DNA from: the human T2T-CHM13v2.0 reference genome, Homo sapiens
NCBI RefSeq assembly: GCF_009914755.1
Contig: NC_060939.1
Direction: 5' to 3' (one strand)
Length of the DNA: 64,000 nt
Each line of letters opens with the position of its first letter. Position 1 is the first letter of the stretch. The notes below the pieces were generated by a model. The model searched no databases. It saw only the letters and a list, made by a program, of their open reading frames with translations, and was not told the DNA's origin. Of this stretch, positions 50,836-63,219 are shown one piece after another. The position numbers and the translations under genes are program-made.

Positions 50836-53574
50836 AGTTGTTTGGTGCTAGAGCCACACTGTTTTGCTTAATCTGTCAGTGCTTTATCTGCAAAGTGGGT
50901 CTTTAAACAAGAAAACCCCCTCATCTCCTTCATAAAAGGAGATTTCAATGATAAAGAGGAAAGCGTTAAAAGCAGTATAAGTCAATATGTTGATGATGCG
51001 GTAATTACAACAATGGCACCGAACATAAATCTTTCTTCAGTTACTCAGAGGCTTGTCTGTGTCCTGTGGTCACTAAATGACTCCATTATTCGGAACTTTG
51101 GCTTCTCCTGTGTAATACTGCAAAATCATTGACATGACCATGTGCATGAGGGGTGAAACCTTACCTCTTTTGATAAAAGACCAGTTACTGATTGTGTAAA
51201 TTTGTGCAATTATTTAACATTCTTTGAACTTTAGTTCTCTCACCAGTAAAATGGAGATGATAATATCCACCTCCAAGGTTTTGTTTTTGTTTTTGTTTTT
51301 TTGTTTTTGCATTGGTAGGGGGGAAGGATTAAAGAAGAAATAAAAACCATAGTATTTATTGGGTCCCAACAAGTTGCCACAGTATCAGACACCTAGTTGG
51401 GACCCAATAACATGTAAGTTTCCGTTCTCAAATAGTTGAGGTCCTTTCTCTGAATACTTAGGGGACCATATCATATAATTATTGCTGTAATCACTTTAAA
51501 AAGGAGCACTTCCAACAACATTCAGTGGACAAATTTTTTACGATCTGCTATTGCTGAACTAGGTGCTGAAAATCCTCAGATGAAAAAAAAAAAACAAAAC
51601 ACCTATTCCCAAGACAGACTGAAATGTGAACAGAAAATAACAGCACCATGTGAGAAGTGTGCTTGGGTGAGTGACGGAGGGCTTCCCGGAAGAGGCTATG
51701 TGCTTCATGGGGAAGGAGTAGGAGCAGACCAAGTAGAAGGGGACCAGACAGGGGAGGACACGGAGGTATGAGGAAGCACAATTTCTATGAGGGGACTATT
51801 TGAAATACTTCTGTAACAGTTAAAAAAAAAAAAGTTATAATAAAAGGGAGGGGCCAGGTACCTGTGAGAGCAGTGGGTTTTGGATTTTTTCCAAAAGGTG
51901 GGGAACCACTGAAGAATTCCAGCAGGGAGATGATGTGAAAGGGGTAAATGGGAAGTAGTGGGGAGAATGACACCACCAGTATTCCTGAGTGGGGAAGTGA
52001 GAGCTGGGTGGTTGGAGCCCACACCCACCCCTCTCCATTTATTTAGTCATTCAACAAATAGTTACTGAGGGCCTGCCACCTACCAGGCTGTATTCCAGGG
52101 GCTGGAAATCAGGCAACCAACAGCACTGGCAAGATCTTTGTTCTCATGGAGACTGACAATAGATAAGCAAGTAAACATGCAAGGAAATATTAGATAGGTG
52201 CCACTAGGAAAATTAAACCAGGCAACAGAAGAGTCTCTGAGCGGCAGCGGCCCATTCCCTGCCCCCAACACTTACCAAGCCTCCTCTTGATATAACTTTG
52301 GTTTCCCAAGGAGGCGTTGCTCCTAGAACAATCTCTATGGTAAATATTAATAATTAAGCCATCTCTCGGAGTGTTTCCAATGAGCCTTCCCTGGGTGAGG
52401 ATAGTCAGAGCTAGTTTTCCCCAGGGCCTGGTCTGCCTTGTAATTGTTGGTTAAGGACCATCAATTCTGCCAAAAGTCCTAAGTTTAAGGTTTTAGGAAA
52501 ATCGCGGCAACCTTGAGACCTTTCCTGAAGTGGTTCCCCTGCAATATATGACCTTGCCCTCCCCTCACTACCGACCCCACTTCCATGTATATACACAATT
52601 ATCCTTTAGGAGAGAAACATTTGATAGTACGGTTGCAATTTTGCATTCCTCCCCTTTGAAAAATGCAAACTTTTAGAACAGGCCCGCCGCTTCGGGCAGG
52701 TTTTGCCGCGGAAACCACCCTCCCTCCCCGCCCCCGGATGTCCAGAGGGCTGGGTGGGGAATCCCGGGAGCAGCGCACTCAAGAGCACGGGAGCTGGAGG
52801 CTGGAGGCTGGCTCGTCACCATCAGGGCTCCCTGGGATGTAAGTCAGAGCTCCTCAGTGCCAGAGGGATGCGGGCCAAGAATAAAAACGCGAATGTTGTA
52901 TTAAATGCAGCTGAAGAAACGAGGGACTGAAAAGGCAGATTTCCCAGTGTGCCTCATGGTCTTCCCCCATTTGACTCATTTACTCACTGCAGGTTTCTTT
53001 TTCTCCACTCTTTTCTTATTATGGAAACTTTCAAAGACACAGGAAAGTTCACTATTTTAGGGAAATCTAGCAAACGCCCCAGGAGGGCCTCTCTGATTTT
53101 GCCCAACTTCTCTGGACTGCCTGATAGAGCTTGCCCTCTGGGGACTATCACAATCGGGACTAAATTAGGGCCCCTGCTCCCAAGGGTTTTTATTCTAGCT
53201 GGGGAGAGAAGTCACTAATGGAAACTTTTTTTTCCCTTAAAATAGCTTACACCTTACAAAGCACTTTCACATTCCTGATTCCGTTAAAATCATAAAGCTA
53301 GAACTGAAAGGAAATTTAGAGATCATCTCTAGGGGTCAAATATTGGCAAATATTGGGCCACCTGCTAGGCTCTTGCCCATGGTAGACATGGCTAACATAC
53401 CGCACACTCACCCGTTCATGTCATGTATTCACTTACTTATCAGACATCCTCCATGTTCTACATTGCATGTTAGAAATAAAGCAGAAAACCAGACAGACTT
53501 GTTTGCTACCTTATGGACAAACAAGAGGAAGAGAGACATTAAACAAATAATTACACGCATGAAGAGTGTTTTTA

Positions 53575-53685
53575 GGCCGGGCGCGGTGACTCATGCCCGT
53601 AATCCTAGCACTTTGGGAGGCCTAGGCGGGAGGATCTCTTGAGCCCAGGATTTCGAGACCAGCCTGGGCAATATAGGAGACACTG
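53575..53685 (+). mobile_element. Alu monomer (FLAM-like)
   Basis: Left monomer only. Confidence 0.85.
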
Positions 53686-55149
53686 TTTTTTTTTTGTTTT
53701 GTTTTTTGTTTTAAGTGTTTTTAAAAGCCGGTGTTGGGGCAGACAAGGACATCACACACTGGGAGGTACCCTGCGGGTGGGAAAGGGTCGGGAAAGACTC
53801 CCTCAGGAAGTGATGTTTAAACTGAAGTCTAGGGGATTAGGAAACGGAGTCTCTGAGAGGGTGAAGAAATATTACATACCAGTATGAAGCATGGCCTGAG
53901 TGAGGTCATGCTCCAGGGCCGAACAAGGGGTTATGGATGCTAAGTGGGGGTGGGTGTCCGGAGGAAACAGAAGGTTGGTGGAGCAAGGCCTTAAAGACAA
54001 ATAGGTTGACATGGAGAGATGGGTGGAAGAACTTGAGCCAAGGGCAGATATTATTGTTTCTCCTCCTCCCGCTTCCCAGGGAAGCAGCTCTCATCTAGTG
54101 TCAGTAAAAACAAATACAAAGTTATAATTTATTGGCCACCTAGTATGTGGTGGCAATTTTCATGAATTCTCACATGTTCCTTGCGAGACAAGTATTCTTC
54201 TTCCAGTTTTACAGATCTAGAAAAGGCTTGGAACGGCTAGAGACGCTTGCTAAGCCTGGCCGTCAAGTAGGCAGCAGAGCTAAGATTTGAAAGCATGCCG
54301 GCCTGCCTTCCTAGGCAGACGCACTTTCCACAACGCATCACTGCCATAAAAATCCCAGGCCGAGGCTTGCTCTAACAGCAAATACCACTTGGAAAAGGAC
54401 AGATCTTTGAGGACCCAGAAATACTTCTGGGGAAAGGATGAGCAGAGGTGCCCCCGGTGGGTGGATACCATTAGGCAGAGGTCTATGCGGAAGAGGCCGA
54501 CTTGTGGCGTGGGAGGTAGGGAGGAGTAAGAAGTGATTGACGGGGCGTCCCTGGCTGCTCTAGGACTGCATTGCGGGGAGGTGCCCGGCTCTAACCACTG
54601 CCCGGCCCGGTTAATCATTTCCTGACCTTCCTTCCTCCTCTCGCTCTGGCCGCAGGATTGCCACATCAGTCTTCCCCCTCCTCCTGCTCGCCTTCTGGCC
54701 CCGAGGCTCCTTCGCCGGGTTTTACAAGGAGCCCCAACTTGGAAGCAATATTTGTAATAGCCCCGGACGTCCTCAAGTGCCCCAGTGAGATCGCAGGCTC
54801 GATCCAGGGTATGCCGGCCCAAGCGGCCCCTTGAGGCTTGCCCTCTTCTCTAATCCCTCACTAAAAAGAGGTCAGAGGGTCAGGGATCCAATCTCCATAC
54901 AGATCAACAAGTTACAGACTCGGTTTCCCCCTGCGGTAAAAAGGGGATGGTAACAGCTGGTAGGGTGTTGCGAGGCTTAAATGCGGTATGGGAAGTGCCT
55001 GGCTGGGAGACCTTAGGTATCTAACAAATGCTAGATCCCTTCCCTTCTTATCGCCTGGTAATGGGGAGTTTAGCTTGCCCAGCAATCCCAGGCTACGTTT
55101 ATCTCACTTGAACTTCCTGGCTTGAAAGTCCTACGATGTGCTGGAGGTA

Positions 55150-56750
55150 ACGCAGATGGTGAGTCACAGTGACAGGATTTGAACGTGGGTTCATGGGCGC
55201 CCCTGCGGGCCCACCCACGCAGCATCTAGGTGGCTGGCTAACGCCACGTGTTCAGAACCTAGAAAGGGCTACGGATCGCACCTGCCGCAAGGAGCCTAAC
55301 GCTAAGTCGGGCGGGACTGCCCTGGCACCCATGAAACCCGCTGCCCGCCTCCCCCGGGGCCAGGCCCTTGGCCTCCCCAGCTTGTTTCTTCGTGTATAAA
55401 ATGAGGGCCACGGTGCCTGTCTGCCCGAGAGGTTTTAAAGTTCTTCTTTACACTTTGCGGAGCGGCCGGATTTTTACCACGAAGCCACCGAGTAGTCCGC
55501 ACCACGTAGGTTCAGTATCCTCCGCCCACCGCAGGAAACGCCGCGGACGGCCCGGGGTGCCCTGCTCGGCGCCCCACCCTTCCCGGGGCCGGGGAAGCGG
55601 CGTGACTAGGAAAGTCACTTCGGAACACAGCCGGACTCTGCGCCACCAGCTGGAGCTCGCCGGGACCCCACCCCGCGGGCTGGGCGGGGGCGGACCCGGG
55701 GGCGGGGCGGGGAGGGGCCGGCCTGGAAAGGCGGAAGCCTCCAGTCTAGGGGTGGCTGCAGAACCCGGATCTCGGAGTTACACGTTCTACGGAGCGGGGC
55801 GCCGGGAGACGGCGGGCGAGAAAACCCGGCGTCCGGAAGCCCGTGCTTTCTTTGACGCAAGGGCTCGAGACGCAGCCGCCGTCGGCCGAGCGCCCGGCTA
55901 GAAGCGACACCAGACGGAGCCTCCGGAGTTCCTCCGCCCCCACCTCGCCGGGTCCTGGAGCCGCAGTCCTCCCAGCTGCCCTCCTCGTGGCCATGGAGTG
56001 TCCACACCTGAGCTCCAGCGTCTGCATTGCTCCGGACTCAGCCAAGTTCCCCAACGGCTCCCCGTCGTCCTGGTGCTGCAGCGGTGAGTGCGGCCACGGG
56101 CCGGCCCCGCAGCGCACCCGAGGCCGCGGCTCTGCCGGGCCTGCCGTCTAGGGGCCGCAGGCGGCCGGCGCGCGGACTCGGGGAGGGGCGAGGGCGAGCC
56201 GGGCCCGGCGGGCTGGGGAGGGTACGCGATGAGGCGGGCGCGTGCGGGAGCGGCGGCGGCTCCTTTGTTTCCCGAGGCCCGACGGCCGGGCCAGCGAAGG
56301 AGAGGGCCGCGAGGGGCGGGAGTCCGCGGAGGCCTCGAGCGCGTGGGGGCAGCGGCAGGCGGGGACCCTGGCCAGCTGCGTGCGCCCTTGCCCCGCCCTG
56401 CCGTGGCCGGGGGCTGTGCCCGTCCGTGTTGCGGGGTCGCCTGTGGGGCGGGTGTCCGGCCCCCGAGGGGCGGCCGCACGTGTGGCGGGGCCCGCGCCGC
56501 GCTTCTCCGCAGACAGGGCGGGAAGAGCGCCGCTCTCCGGGCGCAGCTTTGTCTGGGCTGCGGGGCGCGCGGGGCTCCTCTCCTCCGCCGAACCCGGCCC
56601 GGGTTTCCTTTCCCTTCTCCGCAGGCTCGGGCACCTCGAAACCCCGAGAGGCGCTGGGAGCTCGGGCGGCGGAGGTCGGGGTCTTTCATCCGTCAGGGAT
56701 GGTGAAGTTTGAAAACAGCCTGCGGGCTGAGAAGCTCGGAGGCTGAGCCA
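55150..56750 (+). promoter_or_regulatory. USP3: USP3 CpG-island, TATA-less promoter and 5' UTR
   Basis: Very high GC and CpG density. GC boxes and G-tracts at 55677-55720 (G4-capable), ETS-like CCGGAAG at ~55833, CRE/ATF-like TGACGCAA at ~55853. The exact TSS cannot be read from sequence. Confidence 0.9.
55993..56083 (+). CDS. USP3: USP3 (ubiquitin-specific peptidase 3) coding part of exon 1; N-terminus of the ZnF-UBP domain
   Basis: Translates to MECPHLSSSVCIAPDSAKFPNGSPSSWCCS, which I recognise as the USP3 N-terminus. Strong Kozak GTGGCCATGG. 91 nt followed by the canonical donor G|GTGAGT (phase 1). Lies in a CpG island. Confidence 0.97.
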
Positions 56751-58982
56751 ACAGCTGCTTTGGAGGGGACTGCTCGAGTTTGTTTTTCAGACCTTTTGGG
56801 TTGTCCGAAAATGCGTTGGGATTCCCAGTTCCTGTGTTGTGAAACACTTATTAGATTTATATAAGGCTTTTGAGTAGCTTAAGCGTTTTAACTCCTGCTG
56901 GCCCCCTTGGAAGCCCCAGTGCCCTCTCATTGTCTGCTCTAAGCGACTTCTTAGGATCGCACCGGCCACACGGCTTTGCTTACTTCCTGGTAGGGCCCTG
57001 GTGCCACCGCTAGTCTTTGTTTATTAGCTTTGAGATGGTCACTGGTATCTTGGGTTATATTAATAGCGTACAATTCGAATTGTGCACTTCAGAAATCTGA
57101 AGTTCATTTGAAGAAATATAGAAAAACGGCAATGGTATGATTTAGCTGTGACATGTCTCATTGTGGGCCGGAGCTGGGAAGATAGTTTAGAGAATGCCTT
57201 AGCACTTTTGACAGCTTACTACTTAAATAGTGATTATGTTCTTGGAAACAACATCGGTAGGTCCACAAAGAAAAATATACTCTGGGATAAGGAATAGAAA
57301 TAACTGCGGTTTCCTGGCGCGCTCAGACGTCTGATGCTTTGCTTGCCTTTGTAAAGTCAGGTATCTTTTTCTGCATGAAGCCTTTGAAAATTAACGGTTA
57401 ATTGGTTTCACAGAGCAGTATTGCAGTTCTTTTGTGAGGATGCAGAAACTTGTGTAAATTAGCTTTTACCTGTAAATCTGTCGGGATGTTGAGTATAGAA
57501 CAACAAATAAGGTGTATGGCACTGCTTTACAAATTGGTTGGTGGTGGTACATTAGCTATAACTGTAGCCATTGCTGTGGTGCTATAATTGTAACTTAATT
57601 TTTTTCCCAAAAGAAATTTGAAGAAAAAAAAAAGACCAAAGTAAACACTAGGAGAAGCCTACCTCACAGGGAATGGTGGGATTGCTCTTGCTCATCTGTA
57701 GTAAACTACAGAAAGACAACATGGACAATTAGCACACTTCTGGCATTTTTTAGGTAAAATCACATCAAACTTAAAAATGGCTTCACTGGGCACATACATC
57801 TAAAAAATGGAAAAGAACTGTGCAAGTGGCAGATGCCCTCTTGTGAGTCAGTCTTGCCTCTGTCAGTCAGGGAGTCCACTTGACTGTGAAAAAGAGATGC
57901 AGGAAATTGAGCATCTCTTGAGGAACTTAATAAGTTAAAATGGAGCATAACGAGATGTGCTGATAACAAGAATAAACTAGTATGTGGGGTGATTTCTGTT
58001 CAAGGGGTAGGATGACATCTTTGCATCTTGCAACAAAGTGTGTCTGACATATAGCTTTGCAAGCCTGGGTCTAGTCACTTACTTGGATTTGTAGAACCAA
58101 TAAAGCGAGTTTCGCAACTTTGTGTGAGTCCACACTCTGAATTGAACCCATTTTATGTAGGCCTCCCGTCTTAACCCGTTGGCATCCATTTGTTGATATA
58201 ATCTAGCGTTATTGTATTAAGCTTGATCTTGTTCTTGCGTGCCTGTCGTTTCAGTGATTAAATGATGAATCTGTGAGTCCTTAACTAACTCATTATCTTG
58301 GAGTGTTATATAGTCGTATTTTTTTTCTCCCACACTCTTGATTTTATTTTATTTTTGTTTTTTTCATAGGGGACCAAAAGGGTAGCCGATGTGTTGACTA
58401 ATACTGTGACTGGGTATTGAATCTGATTATGTTCTTATTAAGGAGGGGAAAATCCCTGTTTTGGCACTGGGACAATAAAAGTAATGCCCTTGCCTTATTT
58501 TCTTTGCGAGTTTGCAATTATACCACGGTAAGACAGCCAAGCAAATTGCAAAATGCCACAACATTCTAGGTTCTACCAGTTAGCAGTACCTAATTGGACA
58601 AATAGTTCTATTTTCTTTGAGTATCAGTTTCCTTATATAATCTGCAAAGAAAAGGGTAATACTTTGCATTTACTTCACAGGTTGCTGTTAGGATGAACAA
58701 GGTAATTTTTTGTGAAAACTTTGAGAAACTTGTATACACTGTTCTAGTAATAGGTGGTATTAGAGGTCAGAACATCTTTGTAAAGAGGACTCTGAATAAT
58801 TAAATATCCAAAGCCCATTAAATGGGGACTAGAACAGACTGGCTTTATGCTGAATGATGCTTTACAGGGAGATACAGAACTCAACAAGATTACAAGAAGT
58901 AAGAAGTAATTATACTTCAGAATTAGCATGAGCTTCTTATCCATGGAAGGCACTGTGTGTTGGGTTATATAATTGTGTATGA

Positions 58983-59483
58983 CAGTGGTTCTTACACTTT
59001 TTGATCTTAGGACCCCTTTACACTCTTAAAAATTGTTGAGCACCTGAAGAGCCTTCGTGTAGCTTATATCTGTTGATGATGTTTATTAGAAATTAAAACT
59101 GAGAAAAACTTAAAATACGTATTTATTAATATGCTTACAAATAATAATAGACCCACTACCCATAACATAAATTGACAGTTTATGTAAAATGTTTTTCAAA
59201 ACAAAAATTTAGTGGGAAGAATGGCATTATTTTGCCTTTTTGTAACTCTTTGTTCAGCTTTATAGAAGACAGCTGGATTCTTACATTGCTTCTGCATTCA
59301 GTCTCTTGAGATGTCACATCATGCAGCCTCAGGAACACCCCACTGCATGCTTGTGAGAGAATGACTGTAAACAAAAGTAACATCTTAAATATTATGTATG
59401 AAAATTGTTTTGACCTTCTGGATCCCCTGAATGGGTCCTGGAAACTTTCAGGGGTCCAGGACCACACTTTGAGAACCCACTTG
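58983..59483. mobile_element. Charlie1b-like hAT element in USP3 intron 1
   Basis: CAGTGGTTCT...AGGACCCCTTTACACTCTTAAAAATT...GGACCACACTTTGAGAACC, about 500 bp. Confidence 0.75.
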
Positions 59484-62400
59484 TGTAAGCTATAGTTAAC
59501 AGTTAAGGATACCTGCTCATATCAAAATAACTTTAAAAAATTAGAGAAATCCTTAAGGCTACCAACGTTTATGTTTCTGTAGAGACCTGAGGTTTTTGAA
59601 ATGTATTAGCTGGGAAATAGAGCATGGGCTCTAGTAGTCCTTTGCTGCCAAAAAAGTTAACAGTCTAATCTAGCTGGGGGAGAGACAGGAAGCTAACTAG
59701 TTAGAAGATACATCCATGTGGTTTAAGGTAAATGTTGAAAATAGCTATCTCCTAATAACGTAAAGGCTGATTTATGTCTAATTGTTGCTTAAGGGATTCT
59801 AGTTTAAAATGAAAAAGTTTTAAATAAAAGGGCATTCTCTCAAGCTTTTTGTTATGTGCACATACCAGATGTTATTTTCAGAAGTTGGAGGCTTGGGCAT
59901 TCCTTATTTTTGTGGGTAGAAGAGTTTAACCAGTGGGAAAAAACAAAAATTGTTTAAAAAGATGCCCTGAATGCAAGTGTTTTGATAACTAAGGAAAGCC
60001 AAGGACCAAGCATTTGAACTTGAGGGTTTGGGTTAAACAGCCAGTTAAATTAGAGATATTTAGTAGGATAGGCATGCTAATTTTTCCCTGATTAATTCTT
60101 CAATGAGTTGAGAGTGCCTCTTTAAGTTTTCAGTACACACTTGCCTTCATATTACTCTACCCAAGAAAAGTAAGTGTAGATCAAGTAAATGTTCTGCAAT
60201 TTTGCACCAAAAACTGCAGATAATTCCACCCAAAATACTGGAGATAAACCCTTTTTTAAGAGATCCATTCAGTAGGATGAGGTGTTGATTATTGGTTGTC
60301 AGTGGTAATAAATTTGTAATGGACTGATCAGGTTGTGATAAAGAGAAGAAATCAACCTTGATGGAGTGATGGGTTATTTTGTATCGTATTTCTCCACAAC
60401 CTACATTTAACACTCGTTTGCCCAGTGGACTAAATTTTCTAAATACAATCAGTCATTTCCTTGTCATTAGGTCAAATGCTTTTACTGCTTTTTAGTAACA
60501 TTCTATGATGTCTTTATTAAGTGCCTAATACTTAATAGAGCAATTAGTAAATATTTGCCTGATAAATAAAGGAACTATCACTTAGATGTGTCTGGCAGGG
60601 TCTTTATGTTGAAAATAAACGCAGAGTGAACTTTCCCCAGAATGCTTTCACTAGCCCGCACTCCCAGTATTTTAGTCAGTAAACGTTGGCTGGATTGTGA
60701 GCAAATGACCATCTGCAGTGTTGTTATCACAATGAATTTGTGTTCTTTTGGCAGTCTGTATTTATAGATGGGCAGGTGGACAATTTAGTTGTAAATGTGG
60801 ATGGGGTAGTTAAAAATCAGTGGACAGGTGATACTTTTTTCACATTAATTCTAAAAAGTAGTATTTGAGTTTTATATATCCTTCTGAAGAATTTAAACTT
60901 TTTTGGTAATATTTATAAAGCTTAAGTCAAATGTCTTTCTAGTCTTTCTGCAGTATTCCTCCCCAACCCCGTCCCCCAGAATCTTAGAGCAATCTCAGCT
61001 TATTTCTAGAGTCTCTAAATGATTGCTCATGGATGTGAAATGTGTGAAATTTAGAATGTGCTCCATGTATGTGTTTTGTTTAAAGAAGCTTCAGTATAGA
61101 GATTGAGCCTAACATTTACTTGTTGTGAAGAAGTTTTGACACATTGATGAGAAGTTCTTTCCCTAATAATATGCTTAATAGTGTATACAGAACATCCTTC
61201 ATGGTCTAAGCAGAAGAAATGATGGAGTTGGGGGAAGAATTCGAACTCTTTGGTGTGGTTTCCTGTTATTTATCCTCAAAATAATTTATTCTCATTCTTT
61301 GCTTGTACACCATTAGCCTTAGGCTCGTGTAACAGCCTCCTTTTTCCTCATTGAAATGTATGTAATTTCCTTCTCCACTGGAATATAAAAGATTGATTTT
61401 GGATCCTTCAAGCTAGATTTAGAAATACTTATGTTTTTATAGTGTTTGCAGCTCAGTGAGTAGACCAGTGAGTAATTTAGTGTGTAGCTCAGTGAGTCAT
61501 TTAAATTCCTGTTTTAAAATTTGAGTCCCTCTTCCATCAGGAGCTGATTAACATGTACATTTCCCCTAACCTAACCTGCTCGTTTTTTTTCTTTTTGAGC
61601 TTTTCTCCCCTTCTTGAGCTTGTTTGTTTGTTTTTAATATTTTTCCTTCTTTGAAAACAAAATGTTAGTCTCCTTTGATTAAGCTGCAGTCTCTGACCTA
61701 CATACATACAGGTTTGTGTTCAACCAAGGCATTGAAATAAATAGATTTAGTCGGTAGATTATCATTGTTTGAAGTGGAAAAGGTATGCTGTTTAACATAT
61801 TTTGATATTTTATGTTTATTCATTGCCTCTTTAGACAGGAGAGCAATTGCATTCTAGGTGTGTTAATAGAGCTTTCCTGGACAGATGGCTTGGAAGGAAG
61901 TACTTTGATGGGTTCTCAGTAGGGGCTAGTACTTTTTGGAGGGTGTGTTTGTGATTAAGCTTACCTTGATTGACAGTTTAGAATGCTGAGAATAGCATTA
62001 ACAACAGTAACAGCTTGTTCATCTTACCTAGAATTGTCTTGTGCCAAGACCCCTCAAGATGCTCTGAGATTTCTGTGTAGTGGTTTCTTTTGAGAATGTA
62101 GGTAAGAATAGGTGTCCTTGAGACTGAAAAGAAATTCACCTAAAATTGTTCATTGTGGTTGTATCTTAAAATCTTTGGGGTCGTTGAATGAACTTTGGCT
62201 TAGAAATTTGTAGAGATCGTCTTTTTAACTGCTGTGAGTCTGCAGATGTGATTATCTATAGTAATTCCAGATGTTTTCTCATCTATTAGTTTTACTGAGT
62301 AGGAAGATAACTGAGAACAACATAAAGTAACTTCAAAGCAGTTTGCTAGCATTTAATCCTGACTAATTTAATTAATTATTCATCCTTGTAGTTTTTCCTA

Positions 62401-62515
62401 TTTTATTGATTATGAAACTGAGACAAAGGTTACGAGTTGCCCAAGATGCTTGGGGAGTATTAAAGATAGCCCAAAGCTTAAACTCTAACACTGTTCAGAC
62501 TTTTAGCTTGCTTTT

Positions 62516-62551
<36 letters not shown>

Positions 62552-63219
62552 TCTTTATTTTGTTATTCAGTAACTTAATGCTTGACAATTTAAAAAATAC
62601 AAAATGTTTGGAACACATACTTTAAATAATTCCTTTGAAGATTTTTGATATGAAAATATATTTTAAGTTCCACATCTCAAAAATTACTTATTTTAAAATT
62701 TGGTCTTTTGTTACCCCCCTCACCCAATTTAATATTGAAAGTGCTGGCAAGTTGGAACAAGGAATTGGTGATATAGTTTGGAAGAAACAACTATTTTAAA
62801 TGTCAACCTTGTTATACTCAGATCTAATATTTTTATAGGCCGAAATTCATATTGCATTAGTTCAGACATAATAAACCAGCCTCCTCACTATAGCTGTGGA
62901 TAAAATGCAATTAGCTTTTGGTTATTTTTAAAATGGGTTTCAGTTATTGAAGTCTCTCCACCCCCCTTATTTTTTCATTTTGTTTCTGTTAGAGAAGATT
63001 CTTCTTGGAGGTGGTTTGTTGTAGGGTGGAGGAAGGAGAGAATTCTTAAGGTATAGAATTTTGCATTTGCTTCTGGTAGCTCAGAGATTATTTGAAATCT
63101 TTGCTTTTAGTCAGTATACTTTGTTGATTCCATTTAGTTATTCTAAGATTTTCCAATTGTATTTCCTGTAAAAGTTATAGTCTTTAGACCATAAAAACTA
63201 AAACTAGTAACTGCAGATC

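Noticed and set aside
55368-56746. Overlapping 130-263 aa ORFs across the USP3 CpG island
   Set aside because: Low-complexity Arg/Pro/Gly/Ala translations typical of CpG islands. The true reading frame leaves at the 56083 donor.
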